Virus record (IMG/VR): IMGVR_UViG_3300037423_001547
Source of the DNA: a virus
Strand: one strand, 5' to 3'
Length of the DNA: 64,000 nt
Shown: positions 1-8,000 of the stretch, piece by piece
Position numbering within the stretch: position 1 is the first letter of the stretch
Layout: each line of letters starts with the position of its first letter
Made by a program: the position numbers and the translations under genes
The notes under the pieces: generated by a model
The model's database searches: none
Seen by the model: the letters and a program-made list of their open reading frames with translations, nothing else
What the model was told of the DNA's origin: nothing

Positions 1-69
1 GGCGAGCGGGCCGCGGTGCCAGGGCACTTCGACGTGCCCGGTCAGGTCGGGCTGTACGGGGGCGGTCAT
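1..69 (-). CDS. 5' end of an unidentified early gene running off the left edge (partial)
   Basis: ATG at 69-67 overlaps the TGA stop of the upstream gene (ATGA at 66-69), the coupling pattern used throughout this operon. Only 23 codons are visible. Confidence 0.35.
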   Translation of the reverse strand, partial: MTAPVQPDLTGHVEVPWHRGPLA

Positions 70-596
70 TCGGCACCTCCGGCGGTGAGTTCGGGCAGGA
101 CGGCGGCGGTGAGACGGCCCTCGCGCCAGGCCTGCATGACCTGGGCGCGGCCGTCCTTCTTGAAGCGCACGGAGTGGGTGCGTGCCCGGGCCGGAGCGAT
201 CTCGACCCCGGGCACGTCGTGGATGACGCCGGTCTCCGGGTCGGCGTACTCGGCGGCGCCGGCCGCGGTCATCTCCTTCAGCAGCCGGTCGGTGAACGCG
301 GCGCGGACGGTGGTGATGAACTTCCGCTCGATCTCGCTGCCGTAGTTCGCGAGGACCCAGGCGGTGAACGCCTCCTCGTCGACCACCTTGGCGGCGGCCT
401 CACCGCTGGAGAGGCTGACGGTGGCGATGTCGGGGCCGTCGGGGAGGCTGACGGCGACCTGCTTGACGCCGGTCTCCTGCGCGGCGGTTTCGAGGGCGGC
501 GCGGGTGGCCTTGCGGGCGTCGTCGTAGGCGTCCTTGACGGTGTCGAGGAGCGTCTTCAGCGCGGCCTCGCGCGCTGCTGCTTCCTTGAGGTTCAT
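66..596 (-). CDS. Gp157-like early protein, partner of RecT in the recombination module
   Basis: 176-aa ORF with ATG 596 preceded by AAGGAG. It has an Ala/Glu-rich coiled-coil N-terminus and lies directly downstream of RecT. Family assignment is from memory only. Confidence 0.55.
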   Translation of the reverse strand: MNLKEAAAREAALKTLLDTVKDAYDDARKATRAALETAAQETGVKQVAVSLPDGPDIATVSLSSGEAAAKVVDEEAFTAWVLANYGSEIERKFITTVRAAFTDRLLKEMTAAGAAEYADPETGVIHDVPGVEIAPARARTHSVRFKKDGRAQVMQAWREGRLTAAVLPELTAGGAE

Positions 597-656
597 GTGC
601 TACTCCTTGGGGTGGGCCGCCCCGATAGCCGCGGGGCGGCCCGTGTTGTGCGGCGG

Positions 657-1721
657 TCAGGCGGCGGAGCCGGTGAGCAGCGCGGTCATCTGCCGCATCT
701 GCGCGGCGGGTGCCTGCGCGATCGGCAGGCCGAAGCTCTTCTCGAACTCCTCGTCGAGGTTGTCGAGGCCGACCGCCGCGGCGGCGGCGCGCAGCTCCCG
801 CTCGGCGATGTCCGCGTCGGTCTCGCCCTCGGCGACGACCTCGGCGTCCGTCACCCCGTCGTCGTTCTTCTCCTCGGGCTTCGGCAACGCCTTCCAGCGG
901 CGCGTGAGGTACTCGCGCAGCCCGTCCTGCTCACCCGTGTCCGGCGCCTTGATACGCGCGTCGGAGGGCACGGAATCCTTGGCCTCGCCAACGATCCCGT
1001 TGACCTCGTCACGGCTCTGCGCCCTGGACGCCCGCTCGGCGAGCGCCTGCGCCTCAGGGTGCGGCTCGAACTCACCGCCCGGGGCGGGCGCCGCCCACGG
1101 GTCCTGCTCGCCCGACTGAACGCGCCGCAGCTGCTGCACCTCCGCCTCCACCGGCTCGCCCTCAGCGTTGACCTGGGCGCCCAACTCCTCAGGCGTGTAG
1201 TGCAGACCGAACAACACGTCCTCACACGCGTCCCGCGCCACCTCCGTGATCGCCCGCGCCTTCAACATCGCGGCCGTGTACTTCTCCCACGTCGCGGGCT
1301 TCCCGTTCCTGTCCCGAGCGAAGGGCTTGCCGTCCTTGATCTGGAGCAGCCCAGCCTGCTCGGCACGCTGAAGGTTCCACGTGCACTCGTAGGTGAACTC
1401 GGGGTCGTCGGCCCGCACGATCTGCGCGGTGGCCCACGTCATGCCGTCCGACTTCACCCGCAGCTTGTGGCCGGCCTTCCGCACCAGCGCGCCGATAAGG
1501 CCGGACGAGGCGGAGGGCTTGCCCTCGATGACGTGAATGCCGGTGATGGCGGCGACGGGGGTGATGCCGAGGGTGCGGCCGTACTCGACGGCGTAGAGGA
1601 CGTTGGCGGGGCGGCCGACGAACTGGCGGGGCAGGAGGTCGGCGTCGGAGAGGAGTTGGGCGAATCGGACGGCGCTGTCGAGGCTGCCGGCCTGCTGGTG
1701 CTTGACGATTTCGGTGCTCAC
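657..1721 (-). CDS. recT: RecT-family single-strand annealing protein
   Basis: The core (LGITPVAAITGIHVIEGKPSASSGLIGALV ... TWEKYTAAMLKARAITEVAR) looks RecT-like, with an acidic C-terminal tail. GTG 1721 has GAAGGA upstream and a GTGA overlap with the preceding small ORF. ATG 1745 is an alternative start. The upstream part of track ORF 657..2156 is Arg/Pro-rich and overlaps the 1885..2400 gene. Confidence 0.8.
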   Translation of the reverse strand: MSTEIVKHQQAGSLDSAVRFAQLLSDADLLPRQFVGRPANVLYAVEYGRTLGITPVAAITGIHVIEGKPSASSGLIGALVRKAGHKLRVKSDGMTWATAQIVRADDPEFTYECTWNLQRAEQAGLLQIKDGKPFARDRNGKPATWEKYTAAMLKARAITEVARDACEDVLFGLHYTPEELGAQVNAEGEPVEAEVQQLRRVQSGEQDPWAAPAPGGEFEPHPEAQALAERASRAQSRDEVNGIVGEAKDSVPSDARIKAPDTGEQDGLREYLTRRWKALPKPEEKNDDGVTDAEVVAEGETDADIAERELRAAAAAVGLDNLDEEFEKSFGLPIAQAPAAQMRQMTALLTGSAA

Positions 1722-1888
1722 GGGCGTGTGTCCTTCGGGTCGCATGTGCACTTCTCGGGGTGGTCGCACGCCAGTTGCGCGAACCGGCGGTCGGCGTCCA
1801 GGTCGAGGGCGTGCCGGTCGGGGTCGTCGAGGGGTAGTGACTGGCGGAGCGCTTCGAGCGCGGCCACCTGCTCCGTGAGGGCGCTCAC
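1718..1888 (-). CDS. small hypothetical protein (56 aa)
   Basis: Read by hand: VSALTEQVAALEALRQSL...CDHPEKCTCDPKDTRP. GTGA overlaps at both ends tie it to the neighbouring genes. It is below the ORF-track size cutoff. Confidence 0.45.
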   Translation of the reverse strand: MSALTEQVAALEALRQSLPLDDPDRHALDLDADRRFAQLACDHPEKCTCDPKDTRP

Positions 1889-2400
1889 CGCTCACCGCCG
1901 TCGGTGACCTCGGTCCAACCGTCCTTGGCCCACGAGTCGGTGCCTTCGCAGATGTCGAGCCAGGAGGCGCCATCGCGGCTGAGGAACCCGAACGCGGCCA
2001 GACGGCCGTGGGGGTCGGTGGCGACGGCCGCGACCTTGAAGGTCCACGTCTCGTCCTCGAAAGGGGCACCGTCCCGCTGGTAGGTCCGGCCGGGCTCGAA
2101 GAACGTCGGCTTGACCCCGGCGGGCAGCATGGTGTTGTTCGGGCGGACCGCGCCACGGGAGATCTTCGACGCGATCACGTTGAGGAAATCCGCCCGTTCC
2201 GCGTCCGCCTTCTTGCCGGTGGCGCGGTACTCGCGGGCCTTCTTGCCCAGCCACCGCATGATCTCGGCGTCCCGCTCGGCGACGGCCTCGGCGCGATAGC
2301 GGTCGGCGAGAGCCATGGCCTCTCGGCAGCCTTCACACTTCATCTCGGTGGTGCAGTCCGATACCCCGAGACGGAACTCGATCTCATCGCGAGCGCTCAT
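1885..2400 (-). CDS. hypothetical early protein (171 aa)
   Basis: Balanced amino-acid composition, translationally coupled to both neighbours, with a CxxC pair near the N-terminus. Confidence 0.7.
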   Translation of the reverse strand: MSARDEIEFRLGVSDCTTEMKCEGCREAMALADRYRAEAVAERDAEIMRWLGKKAREYRATGKKADAERADFLNVIASKISRGAVRPNNTMLPAGVKPTFFEPGRTYQRDGAPFEDETWTFKVAAVATDPHGRLAAFGFLSRDGASWLDICEGTDSWAKDGWTEVTDGGER

Positions 2401-2777
2401 GCCGCACCCGCCTCACGCTGCGCAGGGACGGGACGCGGGGCGGCGATCGTGGCGAGCCGGTCCCGCATCCGGGCCACCTGAGCCCCGTAGATCGGCACGA
2501 GGCCGCCGTTCGCGAACTCGTCGACCAGCTTGTGCATCCGCTCGTCGAACTCGTGCCGGGCGTGCGAGTCCCGGCCCTGGTGCACCGCCGACCGCAGCAG
2601 GCCGGCCATGTCGGCGAGTTCGTCGACCAGGCCCTGCGGGTCCTCGTCGGCGGCGGTGATCAGCTCGGTGAACACGGCGGAGATGAGGAACGCGGTGAGA
2701 TCGAGTTCGGCGCCGGATTCGGTGGCGTTGACGCGGATCGGGAACGGGCCGTCCACGGGGGTGTCGTTGGTCGTCAT
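2397..2777 (-). CDS. hypothetical early protein (126 aa)
   Basis: ATGA overlaps at both ends and an acidic, non-repetitive composition. Confidence 0.65.
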   Translation of the reverse strand: MTTNDTPVDGPFPIRVNATESGAELDLTAFLISAVFTELITAADEDPQGLVDELADMAGLLRSAVHQGRDSHARHEFDERMHKLVDEFANGGLVPIYGAQVARMRDRLATIAAPRPVPAQREAGAA

Positions 2778-3034
2778 CGGTTCACCTCGGCGGTGGGAGC
2801 GGAGAGGAGCAGGAGCAGTCCGGCGGCGGTCACAGCCGCTGCACGGCGGGCCTCAACGGCGGTGTGGCGGGCACGGACGACCTCGACCAAGACCCGGTCA
2901 CGAACCGACTGCCAGTCCGGCAGCAGCAGGTAGTCGGCGTTCACCCAGCCCACGAACGGGATGGCGGCAGTGGCGCTCAGGCTGATGCCGAGCGACAGGA
3001 ACGCGACCAGCTCAGACAGCGAGTGAGCCATCAC
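2774..3034 (-). CDS. small membrane protein (86 aa)
   Basis: Two hydrophobic stretches (LVAFLSLGISLSATAAIPFVGWV and AAAVTAAGLLLLLSAP). Coupled by overlapping start and stop codons. Confidence 0.6.
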   Translation of the reverse strand: MMAHSLSELVAFLSLGISLSATAAIPFVGWVNADYLLLPDWQSVRDRVLVEVVRARHTAVEARRAAAVTAAGLLLLLSAPTAEVNR

Positions 3035-3384
3035 GGGCCCCCCATCTCGGGCAGGTCGTGGCCCAGCCGGTGGTCATGGTGGACGTAGGCGTAGAACTCG
3101 CCGTCCGGCACCTCACGCACCCGCGCCGGCGCCTCCAACTCGGCAAACACGGCCCGGTTCTCCCGCAGCGCCCCCGTCGCGACGGACAGCGCCTCCTCCA
3201 GATCAGCGACCCGAGCCTCCAGTCGCTTCAACTCCTGCGCCTGGAACGCACCCACCAGACGGCCCTCGCGGTCCACCGCCTCCAGACCACGCGCCAGCGA
3301 GTCCTCGAACACGTCCGCCTCAACCGGGCTGAACGCGGACTGAGCGGCCTTCAGCGCCTCCAGCGCGATCGGTGACAGGCTCAT
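3031..3384 (-). CDS. coiled-coil hypothetical protein (117 aa)
   Basis: Internal ATG 3384 forms an ATGA overlap with the upstream stop. The longer track ORF to 3492 would overlap the 3381..3638 gene. Confidence 0.6.
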   Translation of the reverse strand: MSLSPIALEALKAAQSAFSPVEADVFEDSLARGLEAVDREGRLVGAFQAQELKRLEARVADLEEALSVATGALRENRAVFAELEAPARVREVPDGEFYAYVHHDHRLGHDLPEMGGP

Positions 3385-3638
3385 GCCCTCACCACCGGCT
3401 TCAGCGGGCCGAACGCCGTCTCCACCAGACGCCACGTCCACGCGAACGACTCGCCCACGCCGGCGTCCTCCGGGTTGGACGGCTGCGGGCAAGCCAGCAG
3501 CACCTCACCCGACGGGGTGTGCCCGCTCGGCACCCACGTGTCGCCCTCGCGGTCCACGAACGCCTGCGGGGACTGGTGCAGCGGGAGAACCCTGCTGCGG
3601 GTCTGCGATGATGTGCTCAAGGTGATCCACTCCTTCAC
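3381..3638 (-). CDS. hypothetical protein (85 aa)
   Basis: ORF in the cro-led operon with plausible composition (FVDREGDTWVPSGHTPSGEVLLACPQ). Confidence 0.55.
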   Translation of the reverse strand: MKEWITLSTSSQTRSRVLPLHQSPQAFVDREGDTWVPSGHTPSGEVLLACPQPSNPEDAGVGESFAWTWRLVETAFGPLKPVVRA

Positions 3639-3713
3639 TGGGATCAGGTGGATTGCCGAGTCGTTGGGCTGCTCAGGCCGGCCAGTCGGAGCGGCCCTTC
3701 GGCGTAGATGGGG

Positions 3714-3899
3714 TCAGGCGGCGTCGGCCGCCGGCGCCGTTGTCGGCTGGGCCACCGGGATGGGGCCGCCGGGGTTGGTCATGATTCGGCGGAGTTCTTC
3801 GACGAGTTCGTCTGTGGGCTCCGGGGCCTGCGCTACGCGGGCGCGGATAGCGGCGACGACGTCGGGGCCGAGGATCGCGAGGCGCTCTTCGCGGGTCAC
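3714..3899 (-). CDS. hypothetical protein (61 aa)
   Basis: Start overlaps the stop of the Cro-like gene (3896-3899). Confidence 0.5.
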   Translation of the reverse strand: MTREERLAILGPDVVAAIRARVAQAPEPTDELVEELRRIMTNPGGPIPVAQPTTAPAADAA

Positions 3900-4126
3900 G
3901 CCATGGCCTTGGCGGTCTCGGTGACCTCATCCATCACGTCGCGGATGTCGAAGTCGTACGTTTCCGACAGGCGGATCGCCGTGATCAGGTCAGGTTGTGC
4001 GGCGCCTCGAAGGATTCGATAGACGGTGGTCGGGTTGATGCCGGTCCGCTTCTGGATGGCGTGGCCGCTCTTGTCGCCTGCTTCCTCTGCCTTTTCGCGG
4101 AGCTTGGTGACGTTCAGCTGGTACAT
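3896..4126 (-). CDS. Cro-like HTH DNA-binding protein (76 aa)
   Basis: From ATG 4126: MYQLNVTKLREKAEEAGDKSGHAIQKRTGINPTTVYRILRG, an XRE/Cro-type helix-turn-helix. It is divergent from the repressor-like gene. Confidence 0.75.
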   Translation of the reverse strand: MYQLNVTKLREKAEEAGDKSGHAIQKRTGINPTTVYRILRGAAQPDLITAIRLSETYDFDIRDVMDEVTETAKAMA

Positions 4127-4363
4127 GGGTGTGCGCCTCCTTCCGCAGGTAGCGGGGGGTTTCTGCCTCACGAGGAAGACTCTGACAGAAGAATGCCTGC
4201 CGCGCAAGGCAGGTGTCAGGCAAGGCAGGTGCGAATTTCCAGCCGAATGCTTGTTCGATCCCGGGTGTGACCAGTGTTAATGCAGGTCAGTGGCCGGATG
4301 GTGCACCTTCCTCGCGAGGCAGTCCCTAGCTACTGCCTACCTAGGCAGGTACTGTCTAGGGAC
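4127..4363. promoter_or_regulatory. divergent lysis-lysogeny switch region with repeated GGCAG-type operators
   Basis: CAAGGCAGGTG occurs at 4205-4215 and 4221-4231. Dyads: CCTGCC/GGCAGG (4196-4201/4208-4213), AGGCAGT/ACTGCCT (4317-4323/4332-4338), CTGCCTA/TAGGCAG (4334-4340/4343-4349). Confidence 0.6.
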
Positions 4364-4825
4364 ATGACGGATGCCCCCCAGGGCCGCGTACAGCAGTTCT
4401 TCGCGGTCGTCCTCCCCGCCCTCACAGAAGCCGGCTACACCGGCTACGGATCGCAGCAGCGCCTCGCCGACGCCACCGGCATGTCCCCCGGCACGGTGTC
4501 CCGGCTCGTCCGCGGCAAGACGATTCCGGACATCCAGTTTTTCCCGGCCCTCGCCGAGGCGATTGGCATGTCCCCACTCAAGCTGCTCGTTCTCGCGGGC
4601 GTCTTCCCCGAAGAGACGCTTGAGTCCCACCAGCCACTGTCCGAAACTAACCAGTCACAGGTAGGCTCCGAAGGAATCACTCCGGAGAAGGCTGCGGACC
4701 GGCTCGGCTTCCACGACGACGTCCGGCGCGCAATCTTCGTAGGATTCGTCGAATCCCTCAGAAAAACCGAACCCGAGGGCCCCGGCGAGACCAAGGACTC
4801 CGGAGACGCAGCAGCACAGATGTGA
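4364..4825 (+). CDS. cI-like XRE-family repressor
   Basis: From ATG 4364: QQRLADATGMSPGTVSRLVRGKTIPDIQFFPALAEAIG is a clear HTH_XRE motif. It lies next to the integrase and is divergent from the cro-like gene. Confidence 0.75.
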   Translation: MTDAPQGRVQQFFAVVLPALTEAGYTGYGSQQRLADATGMSPGTVSRLVRGKTIPDIQFFPALAEAIGMSPLKLLVLAGVFPEETLESHQPLSETNQSQVGSEGITPEKAADRLGFHDDVRRAIFVGFVESLRKTEPEGPGETKDSGDAAAQM

Positions 4826-4832
4826 TGCGGGG

Positions 4833-5393
4833 GTGCGGTGGATGAGTCTCACAGGCAGTACGCGGACCACAACGACGGCAGGCATAGCGCTCCTGGCCGC
4901 CGGCCTGGCTCTCTGCACCAGCGGAGCCATCCGCGACAGCCTCCCCCACGCCCTCGGCGGAACGTGCCTCACCACTGTCGCGCTCACACTGATCGCACTG
5001 ACCCTCATCCGGCAATGGGTCAGTGACACGCGGCACGAGCGGAAAGACTTGGCTGCCGCACGCCACGACGCCGAGGCGCAGCAGCGTAAGTTCTTCGCTC
5101 TTCAGGCGGCTAACGAAGGTGAGATGGCCCGTTTCAAACGGGACATGAACATGGAGAAGGCCCGCATCGTCGAGACGCTCAGGGTTGAGCGGGAGGCGAT
5201 GCGGGCCCAGTTCGAAGAGGAACGCCTGCAAGTCAGCCAGAACGCGTTCCGGATGGGCGTTGAGATGGAGCGGTCCGGGGCGCTGAGGGCCGTGAAGCCG
5301 GTCCAGCTCGACAATCTCATCCCGTTCCCGGAGCAGGCCTCCCGAGCGTCGGAGCATCAGCGGTCTCGGGAGCACGGAGTGGTCGGTCCCTGA
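4833..5393 (+). CDS. membrane-anchored coiled-coil protein, co-oriented with the repressor
   Basis: Two N-terminal hydrophobic segments (AGIALLAAGLALC, LTTVALTLIALTLI) followed by a charged coiled coil. ATG 4842 is an alternative start. The 3' end overlaps the integrase 3' end convergently. Confidence 0.55.
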   Translation: MRWMSLTGSTRTTTTAGIALLAAGLALCTSGAIRDSLPHALGGTCLTTVALTLIALTLIRQWVSDTRHERKDLAAARHDAEAQQRKFFALQAANEGEMARFKRDMNMEKARIVETLRVEREAMRAQFEEERLQVSQNAFRMGVEMERSGALRAVKPVQLDNLIPFPEQASRASEHQRSREHGVVGP

Positions 5394-6957
5394 ACCCTGG
5401 CTCTCCTGCAAACGCCAGCGTGACACGGCCGTCTTCAATTGTCCGGACAGTCGAACTACGCGCCTTCCACAGCCGCACAGTCACCACCTGCCTTATGACT
5501 TCACGCTTCTGCTCCAGCGACAGCGCCCGCACCGCTGGCCGCCCCTCCTCTTCCGGCGCACCGTTCCACACCACGTCCGGGTCCGGCGCGTTGATGAGCG
5601 CCAGGAGCACGGGGTCCACACCAGTGATCTCGCGCAGCTTCTTCCGTTCGGCTTCCAGCCTCGGCACGAGCCTCTGCTCCAGCGAGGCCAGCGAGGCCGC
5701 AGAGAGCCTGAACCGCCCCGTCTCCTCGTCGTACTCCTCGGCGGTGCGTCGGGCCTCGGCGAGCTGCTCCTCGAAGGCGTTGATGCGGCGCTGTGCGGCC
5801 GCCATCTCGTCCTCGACAGCACCATCGTCGGGGATCAGAGCGGAGATGGCTTTGGACTTGTCGCGGAACCAGTTGACCACTGCTTCTTCGACGTAGGCAT
5901 CGAGCCAGCGTTCCCGGATCGACGTGTCCTTCTTCTCACCGCACTCCAACTTCGGGCCTCTCCCGGCATTGGGGTTCCCCCTCAGCAGCGCGTGGTCGCC
6001 GCAGGGGCCGCACAGGGCAATCAGCGACAGGAGGTGTACGGGCTCAGAGCCGCGCTGCGTGCGCCGAGTTGGGTCCGTCAGCTTGGCCGTGACCCGGTTG
6101 AACATGGCCCGGCCTTCTGGGGTTTCGAGTCCACGGATCGGGGGCCATGTCGCCTTCTTCCAGTCCCCTCCGTTCTTCCGCTCTCCCAAGTACGCGCGGT
6201 TGAGGAGCATCAGCCGGACGTTACGTGTGGTCCACGGGCGGCCGTCCGTGCGGGCCGCTTCCGGTTCGCCGTTCAGCCAGCGGATGAGGGAGGCGACGGA
6301 GTCCCCGCGATCGATGTGCACGAGCGACTGGTACACGAACGGGCCGGTCGTCTTGTTCTCATACTGGCGGACGCACCTGAGCTGTCCGTTGACGACCTCG
6401 TAGTCGCGGCTGTAGCCGAACAGGAGCCTGCCGTGCGGGTCGCCGGCCGCGGCCGTGCGCTGGGCGGTGCGCACGTTGCGGTCCCGGATGTCGTCTGCCT
6501 CCCCTTCCGCATTGATGGCGTCCATGGCGGTTGCCCTGCGGTCGTCGCTGCGGCTGAGGTCGTAGACGGTGCCCTTGTAGCAGAGGAGGACGCCGGCGTG
6601 GAGGCAGGCGGCGCGGAGCCTGACGTAGGCCTCAAGGTCGCGGTAGTACCTGCTGGCTTCGTAGGCGACGACGATGCGGGTGATGCCGGGGCGGGTGGGG
6701 GTGGTTTCGATGGCTTCGAGGAGGTCTTCGAAGTCGTCGCGTGCGCGGGTGGCGTGGCGGGATGCTGAGAGGCCGAGGTCTTTGAACTCTTCGACGATGC
6801 GCCAGCCGTAGTTGTGGCAGATTGCCCGTCCTGCGATGAGCTGGTCTTCGACGCTGTCTCCGCGTTTGTTGGGGTCGCGGGAGGCGCGTCCGTAGAGCAG
6901 TGCTTCGAACTCGGTGTTGGGGAGTACGAGGTGCAGGTATGACGGGTCGTAGGGCAT
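5317..6957 (-). CDS. int: large serine recombinase (phage integrase)
   Basis: N-terminal resolvase catalytic domain with YGRASRD (catalytic Ser context). Also a recombinase domain, a Cys cluster (CGPCG...C) and a C-terminal coiled coil. 546 aa, typical of phiC31/R4-type integrases. Confidence 0.92.
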   Translation of the reverse strand: MPYDPSYLHLVLPNTEFEALLYGRASRDPNKRGDSVEDQLIAGRAICHNYGWRIVEEFKDLGLSASRHATRARDDFEDLLEAIETTPTRPGITRIVVAYEASRYYRDLEAYVRLRAACLHAGVLLCYKGTVYDLSRSDDRRATAMDAINAEGEADDIRDRNVRTAQRTAAAGDPHGRLLFGYSRDYEVVNGQLRCVRQYENKTTGPFVYQSLVHIDRGDSVASLIRWLNGEPEAARTDGRPWTTRNVRLMLLNRAYLGERKNGGDWKKATWPPIRGLETPEGRAMFNRVTAKLTDPTRRTQRGSEPVHLLSLIALCGPCGDHALLRGNPNAGRGPKLECGEKKDTSIRERWLDAYVEEAVVNWFRDKSKAISALIPDDGAVEDEMAAAQRRINAFEEQLAEARRTAEEYDEETGRFRLSAASLASLEQRLVPRLEAERKKLREITGVDPVLLALINAPDPDVVWNGAPEEEGRPAVRALSLEQKREVIRQVVTVRLWKARSSTVRTIEDGRVTLAFAGEPGFRDRPLRAPETADAPTLGRPAPGTG

Positions 6958-7043
6958 GCGGTGAAGGTACCGCCCTGTGGGGGATGTTAGCTACAGATTC
7001 GGGGGACAGTGTCGCTTAGGTTCACTGGTGCCGTTTCCTGGTT
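6958..7043. other. candidate attP region immediately upstream of int (core not defined)
   Basis: Position by analogy with other serine-integrase phages. Only weak dyads are seen around a TAGCTA centre at 6988-6993. Confidence 0.25.
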
Positions 7044-7044
7044 T

Positions 7045-7081
7045 GCCGGGTCCGCCGCGCGGGGGTGGTGGCGGACCCGGC
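7045..7081. terminator. GC-rich hairpin (12-bp arms)
   Basis: GCCGGGTCCGCC (7045-7056) pairs with GGCGGACCCGGC (7070-7081). It lies just downstream of the minus-strand gene ending at 7098. Confidence 0.6.
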
Positions 7082-7097
7082 GAACTGCATGGGGTGC

Positions 7098-7304
7098 TCA
7101 GTCGCCGTTGATTTCCTCGACGAGGTTCAGCATGTCGTCGAGTCGGCCGCGCAGCGTCTCGACGAGGAGGATGAGGCCGGCGGCGTCGAGTTGTGCGAGG
7201 TCTTCGGATCGGGCGTATTCGTAGTCTCTACGCGCGTAGTCGACGCGGGTGCGCTGGAGGTCGGTGAGGGGTCCCGGGGGGTGTGGGGACGGCTCATCGG
7301 TCAT
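7098..7304 (-). CDS. hypothetical protein (68 aa)
   Basis: From ATG 7304: MTDEPSPHPPGPLTDLQRTRVDYARRDYEYARSEDL... The upstream part of the track ORF runs into an AT-rich non-coding-looking stretch. Confidence 0.5.
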   Translation of the reverse strand: MTDEPSPHPPGPLTDLQRTRVDYARRDYEYARSEDLAQLDAAGLILLVETLRGRLDDMLNLVEEINGD

Positions 7305-7430
7305 GGTGTGCCACCTGTTTGACGTGCTCATCAGTGGTTGCTGTAACGGCCAATAGTTGACTGTTGAAGTCATATTTTTCAATGGGGCAAGGATCACGTC
7401 ACTCGAACGGGCGTTTTAATCATTCCGTGA

Positions 7431-7745
7431 TTGCGTTCTGGCCGGAAAGCGCACTCACGATGTACCAGAGATGGTACAGACATTGATCATCGCGGGCAGC
7501 AGCGTGTACCCGTGCCATCCGATCCGCTGCCCGACTGGGTACTCACCCGCCGCCGGGCCATCGGAGATGCCGTCCGCGCAGCCCGCACCGCCAAGAAGCT
7601 CAGCCAGGAGACCTTAGGCGAGCTGACGGGCCTCGACCGCAAAACCGTCAACCGGATCGAGCAAGGCACACACCCCACGACCATCGACCGCCTCCTCCTC
7701 ATCGCCGACGCGCTTGACACACCTCTCGCTGACCTCGTCAGGTGA
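7431..7745 (+). CDS. XRE-family HTH regulator
   Basis: KKLSQETLGELTGLDRKTVNRIEQGTHPTTIDRLLLIADAL is a canonical HTH_XRE motif. The start is uncertain: TTG 7431 per the track, or GTG 7512, which would leave the dyad outside the CDS. Confidence 0.65.
   Translation: MRSGRKAHSRCTRDGTDIDHRGQQRVPVPSDPLPDWVLTRRRAIGDAVRAARTAKKLSQETLGELTGLDRKTVNRIEQGTHPTTIDRLLLIADALDTPLADLVR
7461..7478. promoter_or_regulatory. operator-like dyad TGTACCA-N4-TGGTACA
   Basis: Perfect 7-bp inverted arms in the locally AT-richer 7305-7500 stretch, upstream of or overlapping the XRE gene 5' end. Confidence 0.45.
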
Positions 7746-7777
7746 CGGACCGCCTCTCGTTCTACGCGGGAGGGCGG

Positions 7778-7808
7778 GGCGTCCGTCGCGTCGGACGCGG
7801 ACTTTTTT
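7778..7808 (+). terminator. intrinsic terminator with T-tract
   Basis: GCGTCCG (7778-7784) pairs with CGGACGC (7791-7797), followed by TTTTTTT at 7802-7808, 30 nt after the XRE stop. Confidence 0.7.
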
Positions 7809-8000
7809 TGGCGGGCTCCCGTAGCACGCCTCACCAGCACGTCCGCTGACCCAGCCTGTCGGCCCGTACAGGGTGCGGACATAGACCGGCCCGCTGCAAG
7901 GGATCACGGCGGCGTGTCTACGTCATGTCGCAGGCTCGCCAACAGGAGGCCCCGCCCATCCGCCACGGGGGAGGCAGACGGACGGGGCCAGCCAGTGGTG

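Noticed and set aside
174-1907. 577-aa plus-strand ORF, the longest in the first 2 kb
   Set aside because: It is antisense to RecT and the Gp157-like gene. The product is Gly/Arg/Leu/Val/Asp-rich low-complexity sequence, typical of the reverse frame of GC-rich genes. It has no RBS. The minus-strand genes have recognisable motifs and start/stop coupling.
6958-7043. Attempt to define the attP core and inverted arms
   Set aside because: Only short, offset matches were found (GTGAA/TTCAC and CCTGT/ACAGT) around a TAGCTA centre. The GGGGGA elements are direct repeats, not inverted ones. The region is kept only as a low-confidence candidate.
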